A stretch of 63,228 nucleotides of DNA, counting the filler, from Pelomyxa schiedti (taxonomy: Eukaryota > Protista > Evosea): the NCBI GenBank assembly GCA_020536535.1. It is 13 parts of 13 records of this genome, joined end to end, with 100 filler letters (N's around TTAATTAATTAA, not from the genome) between each part and the next. Parts side by side here need not be neighbours in the genome. Positions count along the whole stretch, not along the records: positions 19,686 to 44,846 come from JAHLWZ010000426.1; positions 44,947 to 47,401 come from JAHLWZ010000272.1; positions 47,502 to 49,099 come from JAHLWZ010002399.1; positions 49,200 to 51,233 come from JAHLWZ010002166.1; 9 more parts are not named here. The stretch is one strand, 5' to 3'. This document shows positions 37,901-50,811 of the stretch, in pieces. The notes beneath the pieces were generated by a model. It was not told the origin of the DNA. It searched no databases and was given only the letters and a program-made list of their open reading frames with translations. Within the stretch, counting starts at the first letter, position 1. The number at the start of each line of letters is the position of its first letter. The position numbers and the translations under genes are program-made.

Positions 37901-40900
37901 TTACTTCCTCTTTTTTTTTTTTCCCCCCTCTTACATAGATAAGGGTGACCATATTGAAGTTATGGTTTGGGGAGGGTTTGGGCAATCTTTTTTCTATGGC
38001 TGGTTACCCAAATTACTATTTTCTTTTCCTTTTGTGGGTTATGTTCTTTCAATACCCAGTATGTCGAAAGGAACATATTCTCTTCTCGAGTATGACATTC
38101 AAATACAAAGTAATTTTAACAACCAAACGCAGGATTTCCGGAAAAGGCCCGTCTTGGTTCACTTGTCAAGCAGAAAAAGGAAACCCTGGTTTTCCTCCAT
38201 CCTTTTTGGTATCTATTTTTTTAAATCTGATACTCTTCCAAGATTTCTTTGTGTATTCTGATTCTCAATCTGCAATTTATCAGAGAGTATCTACTACGGA
38301 GCATGCCATCTTGGTGTGTTACTCTTCTCACTTTCTTGTGCCTTACATAATGCAGGATTCGGAAACAACTGTTTGACTTCCTTATCAAGTTCTATACTAA
38401 GAGACCTATAGATATATTTATATGCTGCTCAGGAGGACCTCGTTACATGTAATTGCTCCATTTACGGTTACGTTGATATTCCTGATATTGGTGTCCCTTA
38501 CTCGAATTTTGTCGTATGTTCAATATGGGATCTTGAATCGGAGAAGCTCATTTGGTAATAGGACCAAGAAACTTACATGAACATCAGATTACCTCCTGGC
38601 AATCCCAGCCTGCTTTATATTTCAGCAGTACCAACAACTAACGAATCGACATGGATGACCTTTGATGTTGCACCATATAATGAAGTCGATAAACCTTTCG
38701 AATTCATCAGGGGGGTATAACTTACCTGCGCTTTTATCACGTTCGTGATGTTTTTCAGGACTCCCTTGGGGTTCTTCTCTTGTATGATATCGATTTTTAT
38801 GGCTATGAGAACCTCTTTGTTGCCCTCCATATCCCGGAGGGGGAAACAGCCTCGTATGAATTCACCGTTAGCCCAATATTTTATGCAGAATCAGGGGAAG
38901 AAATGAATGGTGCAGAAAACCAGCCCCTATCATCAATTAACCACTTCTCACTTGTCTTGACTCAGGACGTATTGCCACAGAAGGTCTACATACTTTCCAC
39001 TTTTCGAAGGCACAGAAAAGTGGTGTTAGAGCATCTTTAACAGCGTCAAACTTTGCTTTTTATATGTTTACATCACCTGTCGACCCAATTTGTGCGCTGT
39101 CGTTGTTTTTCCTTCAATTTTTTTCCTTGGTGACTTTCGTCAGTAATCTCTTTCGACGTATTGGATATTATTTGGGGTATGTTTCCATATGATGCCTATG
39201 TAACTGAAATTATTTAGACGACACTTCCGTACTTTGCCTAGAGACAACCTACGGATGTGAATTGCTCATTGAACCTGGTGACGAAGTATTTGGAGATGCA
39301 TCGGAAATATATTTCTACATTTGGGGATTGTCTGATTTGTCTTATACTCAGCGCCTCACTGAAGTCTTTCCAAATGAAACAATTGCAGAAATTTTTACAA
39401 CATCAGGTAGCCTGATCCTACATTTATCCTGTTATTAATCTGCAAATCTTCCAGCTTCGGGGTGCATATCGTTTAACATTATTCCTGACCCACACTGGAG
39501 GGGAGTACTTGTAACGATTCTAACGCTTGTAGGAGGTTGAAGATGCCACAATCTCTGTTTGCGTCTTATCACTTTTTTTAGAGTCACCTGTCTTGTTTGC
39601 TTCTACAACACAAGTGGCCCCCACTCTAATTGAGTCTGACTGGGTGGCACCTTCAGGAAGCTTTGGTGTACTCGCGGTTCCAACTAACAACTCTACCTTC
39701 GTGTTTCTGTCTGTGTCAACGGAGTCTAGCCTCATGTGTTTCAGTATTACTGTGGAAGAGGTTTCTTTTTTCTTTGTTCCCCAACCTTTTTATGACTCGA
39801 TTTTTTTTTTTCCCAGTTATTGCCAATAACTGCGGCGTTGCAGTCGGAACGGAATCCACTGACGGCTCAGGACATCAGAAGTGGAGGGGTTACGTTCCAC
39901 ATAACTATCACAACGTCACAGTACAGATTTTTGACCTACCTTCTTCTTGCCAATACCTCTTACCCATCTTTACTTGTATCCACCTCCTCTTCCTTTTTTT
40001 TTTTTGGTTGACTTCGACCTCTTCCTCAGATAACTGAAATTGTGTCCGATAAAGAGGAAGCAGCAGGCTGGAATTCAGTTGTTGTACCACTTTTGGGGAG
40101 NNNNNNNNNNNNNNNNNNNNNNNNNNNNNNNNNNNNNNNNNNNNNNNNNNNNNNNNNNNNNNNNNNNNNNNNNNNNNNNNNNNNNNNNNNNNNNNNNNNN
40201 CCACCTCCTCTTCCTTTTTTTTTTTTGGTTGACTTCGACCTCTTCCTCAGATAACTGAAATTGTGTCCGATAAAGAGGAAGCAGCAGGCTGGAATTCAGT
40301 TGTTGTACCACTTTTGGGGAGTGCACAGAATATCAGCGTGCAGCCCTGGCAAATAAACTTCACGTTACCAGCTGTTCCTGACTATGATATTCAAGATAGT
40401 GAAACTGTATGTACACAACTCAAGTGATCCCAAGTCTTACATCGCACCGTAGTTGAATCTGTTTATCTCTGGGGCTTACATCGCCGGTGGTTTCTATGTT
40501 AACTGTGAGCCGTTGCTCATACTCAGAGAAGGCTTCAGCTCAAGGTATCCTCAGTCACTTTAATGATTCTTCTTCTTATCAGTCCCAAGCCAAAGTTCCA
40601 GTGAGAGTATAAGCGTTTCATCAAGTGAAAGTAGGAGTTTATCATCAAGTCATACTGGAACTACCAGTTTAAGTACCGACACAAGTCAAAGCAGAAGCGG
40701 AAGCGAAAAACAAAGCCAAAGTGAAGAAAGTGATAGCAGGAGTGTGTCACTAAGTGATAGTGAAAGTATCCGAGCAAGTTCAAGCACAAGAACAAGTGAG
40801 AGCAACAGCGATACCGGTGACTCCGTTAGCGGTAGCCCTAGCTTCAGTTACCCCCACAGTGACAGTGACAGTGACAGTGACAGTGACAGTGACAGTGACA

Positions 40901-41157
40901 GTGACAGTGACAGTGACAGTGACAGTGACAGTGACAGTGACAGTGACAGTGACAGTGGCAGTGGCAGTGGCAGTGGCAGTGGCAGTAGCTACATTAAGAG
41001 CACAGATAGCGAGGCGAGTGTGTCCCACAGCCATTCTACAAGCATATCATCAACAACAAGTGCCGATTCACAATCCACTACGTTCACGTCCCCCGCTATC
41101 CCGCTCGCCCCTTCTCTGTCTGTTCTCCTAATTCCTGTTCTATTCTTCATCTGGTAA
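34983..41157 (+). CDS. Large secreted, probably GPI-anchored surface protein with a Ser-rich/Ser-Asp stalk
   Basis: Hydrophobic N-terminal signal, many exons with Cys/beta-rich content, an S/T-rich stalk with (SD)n, and a hydrophobic C-terminus ending ..LLIPVLFFIW*. Exon structure was only partly resolved. Confidence 0.65.
40861..40986 (+). repeat. Coding hexamer repeat (GACAGT)16(GGCAGT)5, encoding (DS)16(GS)5
   Basis: Read directly from the sequence. Confidence 0.95.
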
Positions 41158-41211
41158 CCGGGAAAAAGGAATGAGAAAATCCCCAACAACATAAGCCAAT
41201 TTTTCTTCCCC

Positions 41212-41694
41212 TTAATTGCGGGTGTTCAGAGTAAAGACGCCCTCCTCGGGACATCCCTTCGCCCTCCACTGTGCGCGCTCCTCCTCCAGCGTGTCGCCAG
41301 TGCAATTGTGGGAGAACAACTGCACGAGATTGACCTTGCCCAGCTCACTCCTCATGATCTCCCACACAATAGCCCTAGTCACGTCCTCCTCCGCCTTGCC
41401 TCCTCTCCCAGACGTCCCGATATGAGTCCGCTCAACCACGTCCAGCAGGTGGTTGCCAAACTGGAAAACGATGTGGATCGTGCACACCGGGCTGCGGTGG
41501 CCAATGCCCGCGAACTTCTCCAGCACGTAGGGGTCGTCCTCCCTCATGAGGTTCATCCAGCAATCGTTGAGGTACTGGGCCAGGCCGACATGGGCCGTGC
41601 CTGGTGGCAGCCCGGCCCTTTTGATGGCCATGTAGGCTCCTGCTGCTGCCTGGATGATGAACTCGCTGCAGCACTCTGCTTCCGTTTGTTTCAT
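41212..41694 (-). CDS. Hypothetical intronless protein, 160 aa
   Basis: ATG-to-stop ORF, GC-rich relative to AT-rich flanks. No recognised family. Confidence 0.55.
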   Translation of the reverse strand: MKQTEAECCSEFIIQAAAGAYMAIKRAGLPPGTAHVGLAQYLNDCWMNLMREDDPYVLEKFAGIGHRSPVCTIHIVFQFGNHLLDVVERTHIGTSGRGGKAEEDVTRAIVWEIMRSELGKVNLVQLFSHNCTGDTLEEERAQWRAKGCPEEGVFTLNTRN

Positions 41695-41928
41695 GCGTGT
41701 TTAGTTGAACTTGCTGATTGGCTATTTTGACGTTTGAAAATTTTTTTTTGTGAAGAATTTCGTTTATTCGTTTTCTAAAGGACGCTGGTAACCAAGTTGG
41801 TCCACAGTTTCGCGTGTGGGAATAAGAAAATGAAAAGCCGAGGGGAATAGATAGATGTTTGTTGTTTTGTTATTGTTTAAAGCAACACAGGTAATTCGAA
41901 GTAGAGACTAGTCGGTCGCAGTGGGGTT

Positions 41929-42583
41929 TTACATGTCATCGTAAAGGTCCTCCTTATTGCCATCAGGGAAGGCGTCACAGAGCAACCGGATCCAGTCAAC
42001 AGTTGACCAAATTCCACATCCACCAAGAGTGAGAAGCTTAAAAACTCCAGCAGCAATGTCTATGTGTTTTAGTGAGCATTTGATTTATTTTAGGATACAA
42101 CAATACAATAGTACACAAAAAAAAAAACTCCTACCCAACACAAACCATAAACAATGAAACAGTAATGTAAAAGGGGGGGAGAAAAAAAAAAAACATACAG
42201 CCTCCGCTGCCACGAGCAAGGTAGAACCAGTCGGCGCCGAAAGAGCCCACGAAGAACGACAGCAAGAAAGCGGTGAGCTTGCTCTTGCCCTCGTAGTTGC
42301 ACGCGGTGGAGTCTGCCATCCTGTCGTTGTTGTCGACGTCGAGGGTGATCCAGGGCTCGTTGCACACGCAGTACACTCCGTTGCACCAGCCTCGCTCGGG
42401 GTAGCCGCACTCGGACTCGGCGAGGTCCGTCGTGCACGCCACCATCGTGTCGAGAAGCTGCCTCTTGCCGTCTTTGCCGGCCGCGGCGGGATTGTGGGAC
42501 GCCGGGGCGTGGCGGGCGTCGTAGACCGAGTAGGTGAGGATTACGGCCGTGGCGACGATGCCGACGATGAAGTAGGCCTTCAT
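41929..42583 (-). CDS. TM2-domain membrane protein with an EGF-like Cys region
   Basis: KSKLTAFLLSFFVGSFGADWFYL.. / YIAAGVFKLLTLGGCGIWSTVDWI..PDG; one GT-AG intron. Confidence 0.88.
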
Positions 42584-42925
42584 AAGAAGCTTGAGCTTGA
42601 AACAGCAGCCAACCATTTTTTTTGTTGTTGGTGGACGGGAATAAGGGGTTTTTTTGTTGGTTGTGTTGGTGTATTGGTAGCGAAGAGGTTTTTTTTTTTT
42701 TTATGCTCTGAAGTCGGAGAAATTTTTATTAATGGCTCGGCGTTGTTTTCGACGAAGTGGATGTTTAACAGTTGCACCGTCCGTTTTTCCTCCACTTTTC
42801 CCACAAATCTTTGCCAGAAAACTTCTCTGTGGGAAGGCGATGCAAAGAAAGGAAGATCACAAGTAGGAAAGTTTGTTCTTTTAAACACAGTTTGTTGGCT
42901 TTTGTAACACGAGGTGAGTGAAAAA

Positions 42926-44543
42926 TTAGCCAGCCGACTTCATCTTTGACACAAAGGATGTGAACATGTTCCAGTTGGCCGAGTTGTCCACAAGATTTCT
43001 GGTAAGACGAAGATAGGTGAACGCGTGGATGTTGCCGTACTGTGTGGCTTCCTTGTAGATTTCGTCGAACCCACTCTGGTAGCATGTGGGATTGCATATA
43101 TCAAGCTACAGTTTTTGTGTTTTCACGTGTTAGAGGTTGTTCTTTTTATGATTCGTAGCATACCGCGTTTTCACCGTCATAATTAATGCCAGTGTTGATG
43201 GCAGCATATCTAGTCTGCTTTACAAGCTCCTCTGGTCGAGAGCCACAAGATGAAGAATCGGTCATCTCCAAGCACGTGAAATCAAACGCGATGCCATACT
43301 TGGCAAACATGGAAGCAATGATATAGTAGGCATCGTTTTGGTTGGTATTGTAGTAGCCAGCTAATATGGGTTGGTTGAGAAACGAAAGTTTGGGGAGGAA
43401 AAGAACCTGTCAGTTCGGCAGCATGCGAGTTATCAGAGTACCACCAGTGGATCCCGGATACCTTGGCAGCTAGTTCCACTGAAGTCCCGAATACGGACTT
43501 GGCTGAGGACAAAACACTTTCACCATGTGATATAAGTGTCTCGGTGTACCAGTCAAGGAAGAATTTGCCGTAGTCCGTAGAGTAATTATCTGTTCCTGAC
43601 GAAGTGAAGAAGCCTGTGTCACTGGGATACGAATTGTATGTTCCAGCGTTGCTGGGTCCTCCTTTGCCCCACTCAGAATGACCAGCTGCAGTTGCCGCCT
43701 GTGGAAAATGTTAATCCTGGAATTTAAGAATTGGGAAGCGGTACAGCTTGTAAGTCCGCCAACATATACTTGTCATAGCATTGGAATTCGCCAATACCAC
43801 AATATGTCCACTTGTTGTCCTGCAACTGATAGCTTGGGTACCTGGTTTCACCACAGGGGCCAAGGCCAACTTGGATTTCGGTAAGGGTGCTGCTGCTAAT
43901 GTAGGAAGCAAATGTGGTCTTGAATTCATTCATAAAGTCTTTATAAATGGAAAGAGGCGTGCGACCACTGAACAAAGCCTAAGGGGTACAAACAAAGGTA
44001 AGAACATGCTACAAAAGTAGGGAAAAGTATACCTGATCATCAACGCCAAGAGAAATGTACTCCTCATCATATCCATACTGTTCATCTCTGTACCATATGT
44101 CTTTATTCGAATTTCCAACAGAAAGAATCCAGCTTGGTAGAGGAATATTGCACGAGTCTCCAACATTTCCACCACATTTATGGAATGACATAACTGCCTG
44201 CCTATATTTTCCCATTAGAAAATTTCCCAAAACTCTTTTTTTTAAAAAAAAAAAAGCAGCCGTACCACTTCAAGCCAGTACTCTTTATCATTGAAGCCAA
44301 TTGTTGGTAACCAGTCCAGTTGTAAGACTTTGAGCTGGTCTCGACCAAGCCCCACCAAATATCGCTCATAACTCCATTTACACCCCCAGCCTTCAACTTG
44401 TTCAAGTCGCTCTGCAACTGGGTCGGGTTTGTGAGCCCGTTGGCGTCAATCATGTCAAGTGGCAGCATCACGTTCACTGGAATGCTTCCCACAATAGCCA
44501 CCAGGCACAGTACCCCCGCTGCGTATATAGCCCACCGCCCCAT
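42926..44543 (-). CDS. Secreted beta-amylase (GH14)
   Basis: VNVMLPLD, DIWWGLVE, MSFHKCGGNVGD, GPCGETRYPSY, KVSGIHWWY, SHAAELTAGYYN, FTCLEM, GENAL and FTYLRL. Five canonical introns and a signal peptide. Confidence 0.95.
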
Positions 44544-45618
44544 TGTGTGGTGGTTACGACGCTCGATTTATTGATTAAATTTAAACGCCTTTCGTTGGAA
44601 ATTTCAAGTTGTTATAAATCAACGGTTGGGCTTTGAAGTCGTATCTTTTTTTGTATCGGGTTTTTTGTTTTTTGATCTGAGGTGCCGAACTTCGAATGGT
44701 GGGTTTTGGGGAGCGGTGTTTGGTTGGAAAAGTAGGTAAAATCATCTCCTCTTGTGGTTTCTGACGTGATTGACTTTTACTGTCAGGTGCTGTTGGAAAA
44801 CCCAGAGAACCTAACTTTGTTGACTACTTTTTCAGAACCAGAGAATNNNNNNNNNNNNNNNNNNNNNNNNNNNNNNNNNNNNNNNNNNNNTTAATTAATT
44901 AANNNNNNNNNNNNNNNNNNNNNNNNNNNNNNNNNNNNNNNNNNNNGTTGTCGAACTTGTTGTTGTTGTTGTGGGAGCCGGGGCGGTTTCGTTCCCCAAG
45001 GCAACGATGAACCGACACCCCCCATCTCTTTTTGATTTGTTTGTTTTCCGTGAACTTCACATTTCCAACAAAAAGTCTTCAAAAGATCTGTGCTCGGCCA
45101 CCTCAGTGCCGCAAGCCGAGCAGAGTGTGGAGGCATTTTCAGGATTACATGAACTTGTCCGAGAATCCATTTGACCATCGCAGCAATTTTAACCCAATCA
45201 CACAACCGCTGTGCGAGATTTTTCACACTCCCTTTACAACAAGAAGAAACAAGAGAACTCTTTATTCTCTTCACTCTCACGCGTTTTCTTCCTCTGAGGG
45301 ACTTATTCTCGAGCAGCTAACGCTTCACCAATGCTGCGTCATCTCCATGATGTTCTCAGATTAGTACACTACAACTTCTGTCAAGAAGACTATTTTGATT
45401 GATTACTAGAATGGGACTCAGAGCGGAAACATCACATCGGCAACCTTAGCACCAAGTGTGTACTTCACGACAACAGACGCAAAGTCACAAAGGAATTGTG
45501 AAGGCAAGAAGAATTACTGTCTGACTTGTTGTTATAAGTTATGCACGAACGCATTGTGGGTAGCATCGTAGGATGCACAAGTTTGGTCATTTTGTTGCCG
45601 ATGCTAAAAAAAGCCAAG

Positions 45619-47093
45619 TCACAACAATGAGGCCTTGGTTTCTATTGCATAAAGGGTGCAGGAGACTTCAAACGTGAGAACAGGGGTGCCAGACAATGCC
45701 TCAATCACACTGACCATGTTTCCACTCCTGAGCACGAACAGGAAACCACTCCCACCAACAACTTGCTTGATGTCACTGTCACCATCACTGGTTATGCACA
45801 CTGACCTCAGTGCATGCTCTGTGTTGTTGCAGTCCCACAGTTGGTATTCGTCTCCAACACACACACAGAACAGTGACGAGCTCACTTGAGAGAGCTGATT
45901 GCACTCTGATGCAATCTGGGTCAGTGTGCCAGTGGTCGATTCGACCTTGAAGAGACTATTCTCGCCCTTGAATGGCAAGTCCACAGCAACAATGTAGACA
46001 ACTTCACCACTTGCCTTTCTATGGATGGTAACGTCGTTGGAAATCACCCACGGAGGGAAAACACTCTGCGTGGTGCATAAAACGGCAAGTGTGTTGGTCG
46101 CGTGAGTCTGAGCAACGTCAATGAGTGCAAAACATGCTCTTCTCTCAACAAAACTCCACAGAAGCACTTCGTCAGGATTGGTGTTGCTCATCACAAGTTT
46201 ATAGCACCCTGAAAAGGCTACATCTGGAAATGATGGGATGACAATCGGTGTTCTGACTGGGGTGGTGCCTCTCGCAGACAGCCCACAATTTCCTTTCAGG
46301 TGCTCCTGCTGCTGCTGGCCTTGCAGTGCCTGCAGATCAGTTGTTCTCAGAACACAAGACCAACTGGAGCCATCTTTGAGCTCACACGCAACAAGCCACC
46401 TTAGATTGACACCATAAGGGCAAGGTGTTTGCAAGTCAGATGCAACGCACACACCGTCCTCAGGGCCGTCGGGAGTCACAAGAAACAGGGAAGCATTGGA
46501 ATAAGAATACTTTGCAAAGTAACTGACCCTAGNNNNNNNNNNNNNNNNNNNNNNNNNNNNNNNNNNNNNNNNNNNNNNNNNNNNNNNNNNNNNNNNNNNN
46601 NNNNNNNNNNNNNNNNNNNNNNNNNNNNNNNNCCATAAGGGCAAGGTGTTTGCAAGTCAGATGCAACGCACACACCGTCCTCAGGGCCGTCGGGAGTCAC
46701 AAGAAACAGGGAAGCATTGGAATAAGAATACTTTGCAAAGTAACTGACCCTAGGACCAATCCACTGGGCAAGTAGATGCCCACCGCGTGTGTGACGAATG
46801 ACAAGTGGCAAAGCGGCCACACCCAGAGTTATGGGTGACACAGAAAACGCGACCGAGACCGCGTTGTCAAATTCGAGCACGAAGCAGCGAGCAGATCCCA
46901 CAATGAAGTCGCGCCACACGGTGAGCATGAGTTGTGAGTTGGAAGCAGCCAGGTGGGCTGGGCTGCTGGCCCCACACCGTGCAACTGAAGACGCCAATAA
47001 AGCAGCGAACTGGTCTTGGCATTTCTTGGCGTCCGTCGTTGTCGCAAAAACACCACCGCTGGTCGTCGTGAGCATGTGGCAAAACGTGAACAT
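45619..47093 (-). CDS. Intronless 'DQF-RCG' family protein (one gene split by a scaffold gap with overlapping ends)
   Basis: CQDQFAALLASSVARCGASSPA, FSVSPITLGV, VNLRW, QVSSSLFCV, LWDCNN. 46413-46532 duplicates 46633-46752. Confidence 0.8.
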
Positions 47094-47501
47094 TGGTGTG
47101 TTCTCTGCAGCTAGATTCAAAAAAGTATCAACGAGATCAACCCCAGAAAAGTCCGAAATTCAACTATTTTAGTAGATTTGTTGCTTACAGATTACTTTTC
47201 ACACTGAACTCCTTCCTTTGAGAAGAATTCTCTATTCATTAACTCATCACAAAAAGGAAGTCTCTGTGTGAATCATGTCAATTGTAAATGACACCTCAAT
47301 CGTGAGAACAATGAAACCAGACATTGCATCCATCACCAGAATCTCGTTCTTGTTGTAAGTGAGTGCAAACAAGAACCCTCTTCCTCCAACAACTTGCCTG
47401 ANNNNNNNNNNNNNNNNNNNNNNNNNNNNNNNNNNNNNNNNNNNNTTAATTAATTAANNNNNNNNNNNNNNNNNNNNNNNNNNNNNNNNNNNNNNNNNNN
47501 N

Positions 47502-49099
47502 CTCACGTGGATCTGCGTGAACTTTGTTGTGTGGACAATCTACAGCCCCTCCCTGTCCTCGCCAATGAGAGGAGGTCTGTCCTCGCTGTTGATGTTCCGG
47601 TCACGTGGTCCCTTCAATCAAGCGGAGCAACAACGGCCGTCTCACGTGACCTTTGTCAGGGGAAAATACGGAGACGATGCGCACGGGGCCGAGTCCCATA
47701 ATTCTGCATCGTGGGCGGCGAGGGAGTCTTCTGCGCCGCTTTGCTGTTCTGGTGACGGTTCGTTTGCCAAGGGTGAAATGCAAGAGGGTGGAGGGAGGAC
47801 TTGGAATGAATATAAGGTGTGCAGGGACATTGATGTGGTTTACACATGGGTGAATGGAAGTGATCCAGCTCACAGGATGGAGCTTAGCAAGTAAGGTTTG
47901 CATTTCGTTGGTTGATTTTTTTTTTTTCCCCAAAAATGGGTGGTTCTGGGGAATTACTTACAGGAAAATAGGTACAGGAAGGGGACCTCGTGGAATGGAA
48001 TGTTTAGGGATTATGGTGTACTGCGGTTCTCCGTGAGGTCAATTGCTGCATTTATGCCTTATGTTCGTGACGTCATCATAGTAACAAATGGTCAAGTATG
48101 GATTCCACTTTCAGGATACAAAAATTCCAACTTGACTTGTAAGGTTCCCACTTGGCTAAATACTAGCGCACCGGGAATAAGGATTGTTACTCACAAGGAG
48201 ATTTTCCACAATTCAAGTGATCTTCCTACTTTCAATTCTAATGCAATCGAAGCACACTTGCACAACATTCCTGGTAATTTCCTCTCTCGTTTTATTGAAC
48301 TCACTGAATGTCTAGGAATCGCAGAGTGTTTCCTGTACATGAATGATGACTTCTTCCTTGTAAAGTTTTTCTTTTTCACTTCTCTCCTTACGTTATAGGC
48401 AAGATGAGAGATACACCAAGAACGCACTGGGTTGATGAAGAAACAGGAAAAATAAAAGTTGATAACCAATTCCCACTCTCACTCCCACTAAGATTTATTA
48501 GGTTTATATGGAAGGTGGAAAGTATGCCTATTATTGGGTTTTTTTTGTGCTGTTCTGACTTTTTGAATATAGAGCTCCACAAGCAGACAAAGGGGGCTGG
48601 TTTAAGTCTGTTGCACACTCGAATGAGATCGTAAATAAATACTACCGACCAAATGAAAACCGGAGCAACCCAACAAGGCACCACTACGTTGGGCATTACT
48701 GCTACTTCACCCTCACTGAAATTGCTGACTTGATGTACAGCAGATGGCAATCTGGTACACCCTATTTTTTCACCATTTTTCTTAAAAACCAACTCCTCCT
48801 ATAGAGTTTGACCGGACTTCACATAATAAGTACTAAATTGCTCACCCAAGTAGAAAATCTAACTGCCACAGGTTTCGTCAGAATAATGATACAGCATTCC
48901 CGTTTTTGAATGCTAATGTTGCCCTGGAAGAGAACCGAGCAATTGTAGTTCTTTCCAAACCTGTTCATTGTTCTTTTTTAAATTTACAAATTTTTAAATA
49001 GATATCAAAGGCACCAAATGGGCATTCATCATGGACATCAAACACCACAAAGAACACCAAAACATGGGATACCATCATGTCCCGGTCACCATTCTGTGT
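47502..49099 (+). CDS. Stealth-family hexose-1-phosphoryltransferase (GNPTAB/XcbA-like), type II membrane, truncated at both ends
   Basis: CR1 IDVVYTWVNGSDP; CR2 LRFSVRSI..VTNGQ/VPTWL..THKEIF..LPTFNSNAIE..LYMNDDFFL; CR3-like H..Y...TSHNKFR. Confidence 0.9.
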
Positions 49100-49199
49100 N
49101 NNNNNNNNNNNNNNNNNNNNNNNNNNNNNNNNNNNNNNNNNNNTTAATTAATTAANNNNNNNNNNNNNNNNNNNNNNNNNNNNNNNNNNNNNNNNNNNN

Positions 49200-49465
49200 T
49201 CCACCACCCAAAACATGTTCCCGGTGTCTTCCTCCTCCTCTGGGTCATGGATCGGGAGGATGAAAATGGCATCGACAACGGATCTGAGGACCCAGTCGTC
49301 GGCCCACACCCTGAAAGAGGCCGACCGCGCCCACACCCCCAGCGACGGTGCCATTATGGGTGCTGCCGTATCAGTTATCTTCGGCGACATCGATGGAGAT
49401 GGTGGGCGCACAACGCCGGCACAACAAAGTGCGAACGCCTGTGCTTTGGCTGTTGTGGTCATCAT
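49200..49465 (-). CDS. Intronless expanded-family member (AKAQAFA subfamily), 5' fragment
   Basis: Close paralog of the 49637-50750 N-terminus; cut by the contig end. Confidence 0.6.
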
Positions 49466-49636
49466 CGTTTCGTGATGTTAGGCGAATTGAAAGGTCACAG
49501 TTGCCGGGTTGACCATTAGTTTACCTTTAGCAGGAGCTAAATCTAATGCCCAGCGTAAACGCATTGGGGCTGTCACCGTAACTAAAGGGATAAAATTTGA
49601 TTTGTTCATAATGGTTCACTATTTTAAGGGGTTCCC

Positions 49637-50750
49637 TTACACTCTCAAACAGAATGGAGGGTGAATGGGTACAGGGAAGACACCCAAGAGAATACCAGTG
49701 GCGCCATCACGAACTTCAAACTGGATTTCAGTGGCATCACTCCTACCCTGAGGTTGTGTTGTGGAGCAAATGAGTGCAAATCCACCAGATTGGCCTACAG
49801 ATGCCCAAGTGGAAGGAACGCAACGTGAGGCCTCCAAGAGGTTGCTGGTGTGATACACTTGGTAGTGTGTCGTTTCAAACCAAGGTGCAACTAACAAGTG
49901 GCTCTGGTCAATGACGGTGGCGTTGTGGCGCTCAGGGAACTTGTGTCTTTGATGGGTGATGGAATTCACGAGGTACAACCCGGCTGAGCTGAAGTTGAGG
50001 TGAAGTGTCGACACTGAGCCATCAGGCATCACAACTACATCACATGGCCACTTGTCCTTGCAAACGATCCTCGGCGATTTTTCAACCAGTTCACTTGGCC
50101 CTTGTCTTCAGGGAACATCATTACAACGTCCAGGGACAACTTGTAAGTTCCAGAATTCATGCCAGTTGGCACAACTTTTGGACCAGTCACACAGCTCCCC
50201 ACAACCTTCCAGATGTGAAGCTCCCCCTTTGTGGCAACAACAGCAATCCAATTCCTGTTGCAACGTTTCTTCAGGTAAGTGGATCCTGGCCTGAGGGTAA
50301 CTTCCCAAAGCAATGGGTCAATCACTTTCCCTGATAAGCTCACAACTGAGAATTTCGCATGCAAGCCAGTCGGGGCAGGAGTTTCAGTTGACACCAAAAT
50401 TCGGTCGGGGCCAATGCACCCGCAAACAACCTCGCTCGCTTTCGTTGTGAACCACGAGCGGCTCACAACCCCCATTGTGGGAGACACGCTCACGTACAAT
50501 GAAAACTGCTGCCTGCTCGCCCAAGAAAACGGGTTCGCGGCGCCCGCCTCGGGGTCATCAATTGGAAGATGCCAAACAACCTCAGCAGCGGGCGCGAGGA
50601 CCCAGTCGTCGGCCCACACCCTGAACGACGCCGACCGCGCCCACGCCCCCAGCGACGGTGCCATTATGGGTGGTGCTGCGGTACTCGTGGCACGCACTAC
50701 ACCCGCGCAACAAATCGCGAACGCCTGCGCCTTTGCTGTTGTTGTGTTCG
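49637..50750 (-). pseudogene. Pseudogene of the intronless family (AKAQAFA subfamily)
   Basis: The position matching the paralog's ATG (gaaacgATG) reads gaaaacgACG. There is also a frameshift near 50100 between ..FPEDKG and ..SELVEKSPRIVCKDKW. Confidence 0.65.
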
Positions 50751-50811
50751 TCGTTTTCGCGAATTTGTTCCCGGGGCAGAAACAATCAAATACAAACAAG
50801 AGCGGATAGCA

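Noticed and set aside
39980-40320. Apparent 120-bp direct repeat around the N gap
   Set aside because: Identical overlap of contig ends across a 100-N scaffold gap; an assembly artefact.
44947-45600. Short ORFs downstream of the family gene
   Set aside because: No recognisable domain or coherent splice model.
46413-46752. Apparent 120-bp internal duplication in the family gene
   Set aside because: The same unmerged-overlap artefact across a 100-N gap.
48360-48403. Apparent in-frame TGA or non-canonical intron in the Stealth gene
   Set aside because: Using the next AG (gcaag|ATG) gives a canonical GT-AG intron and an open frame (DDFFL/MRDTP).
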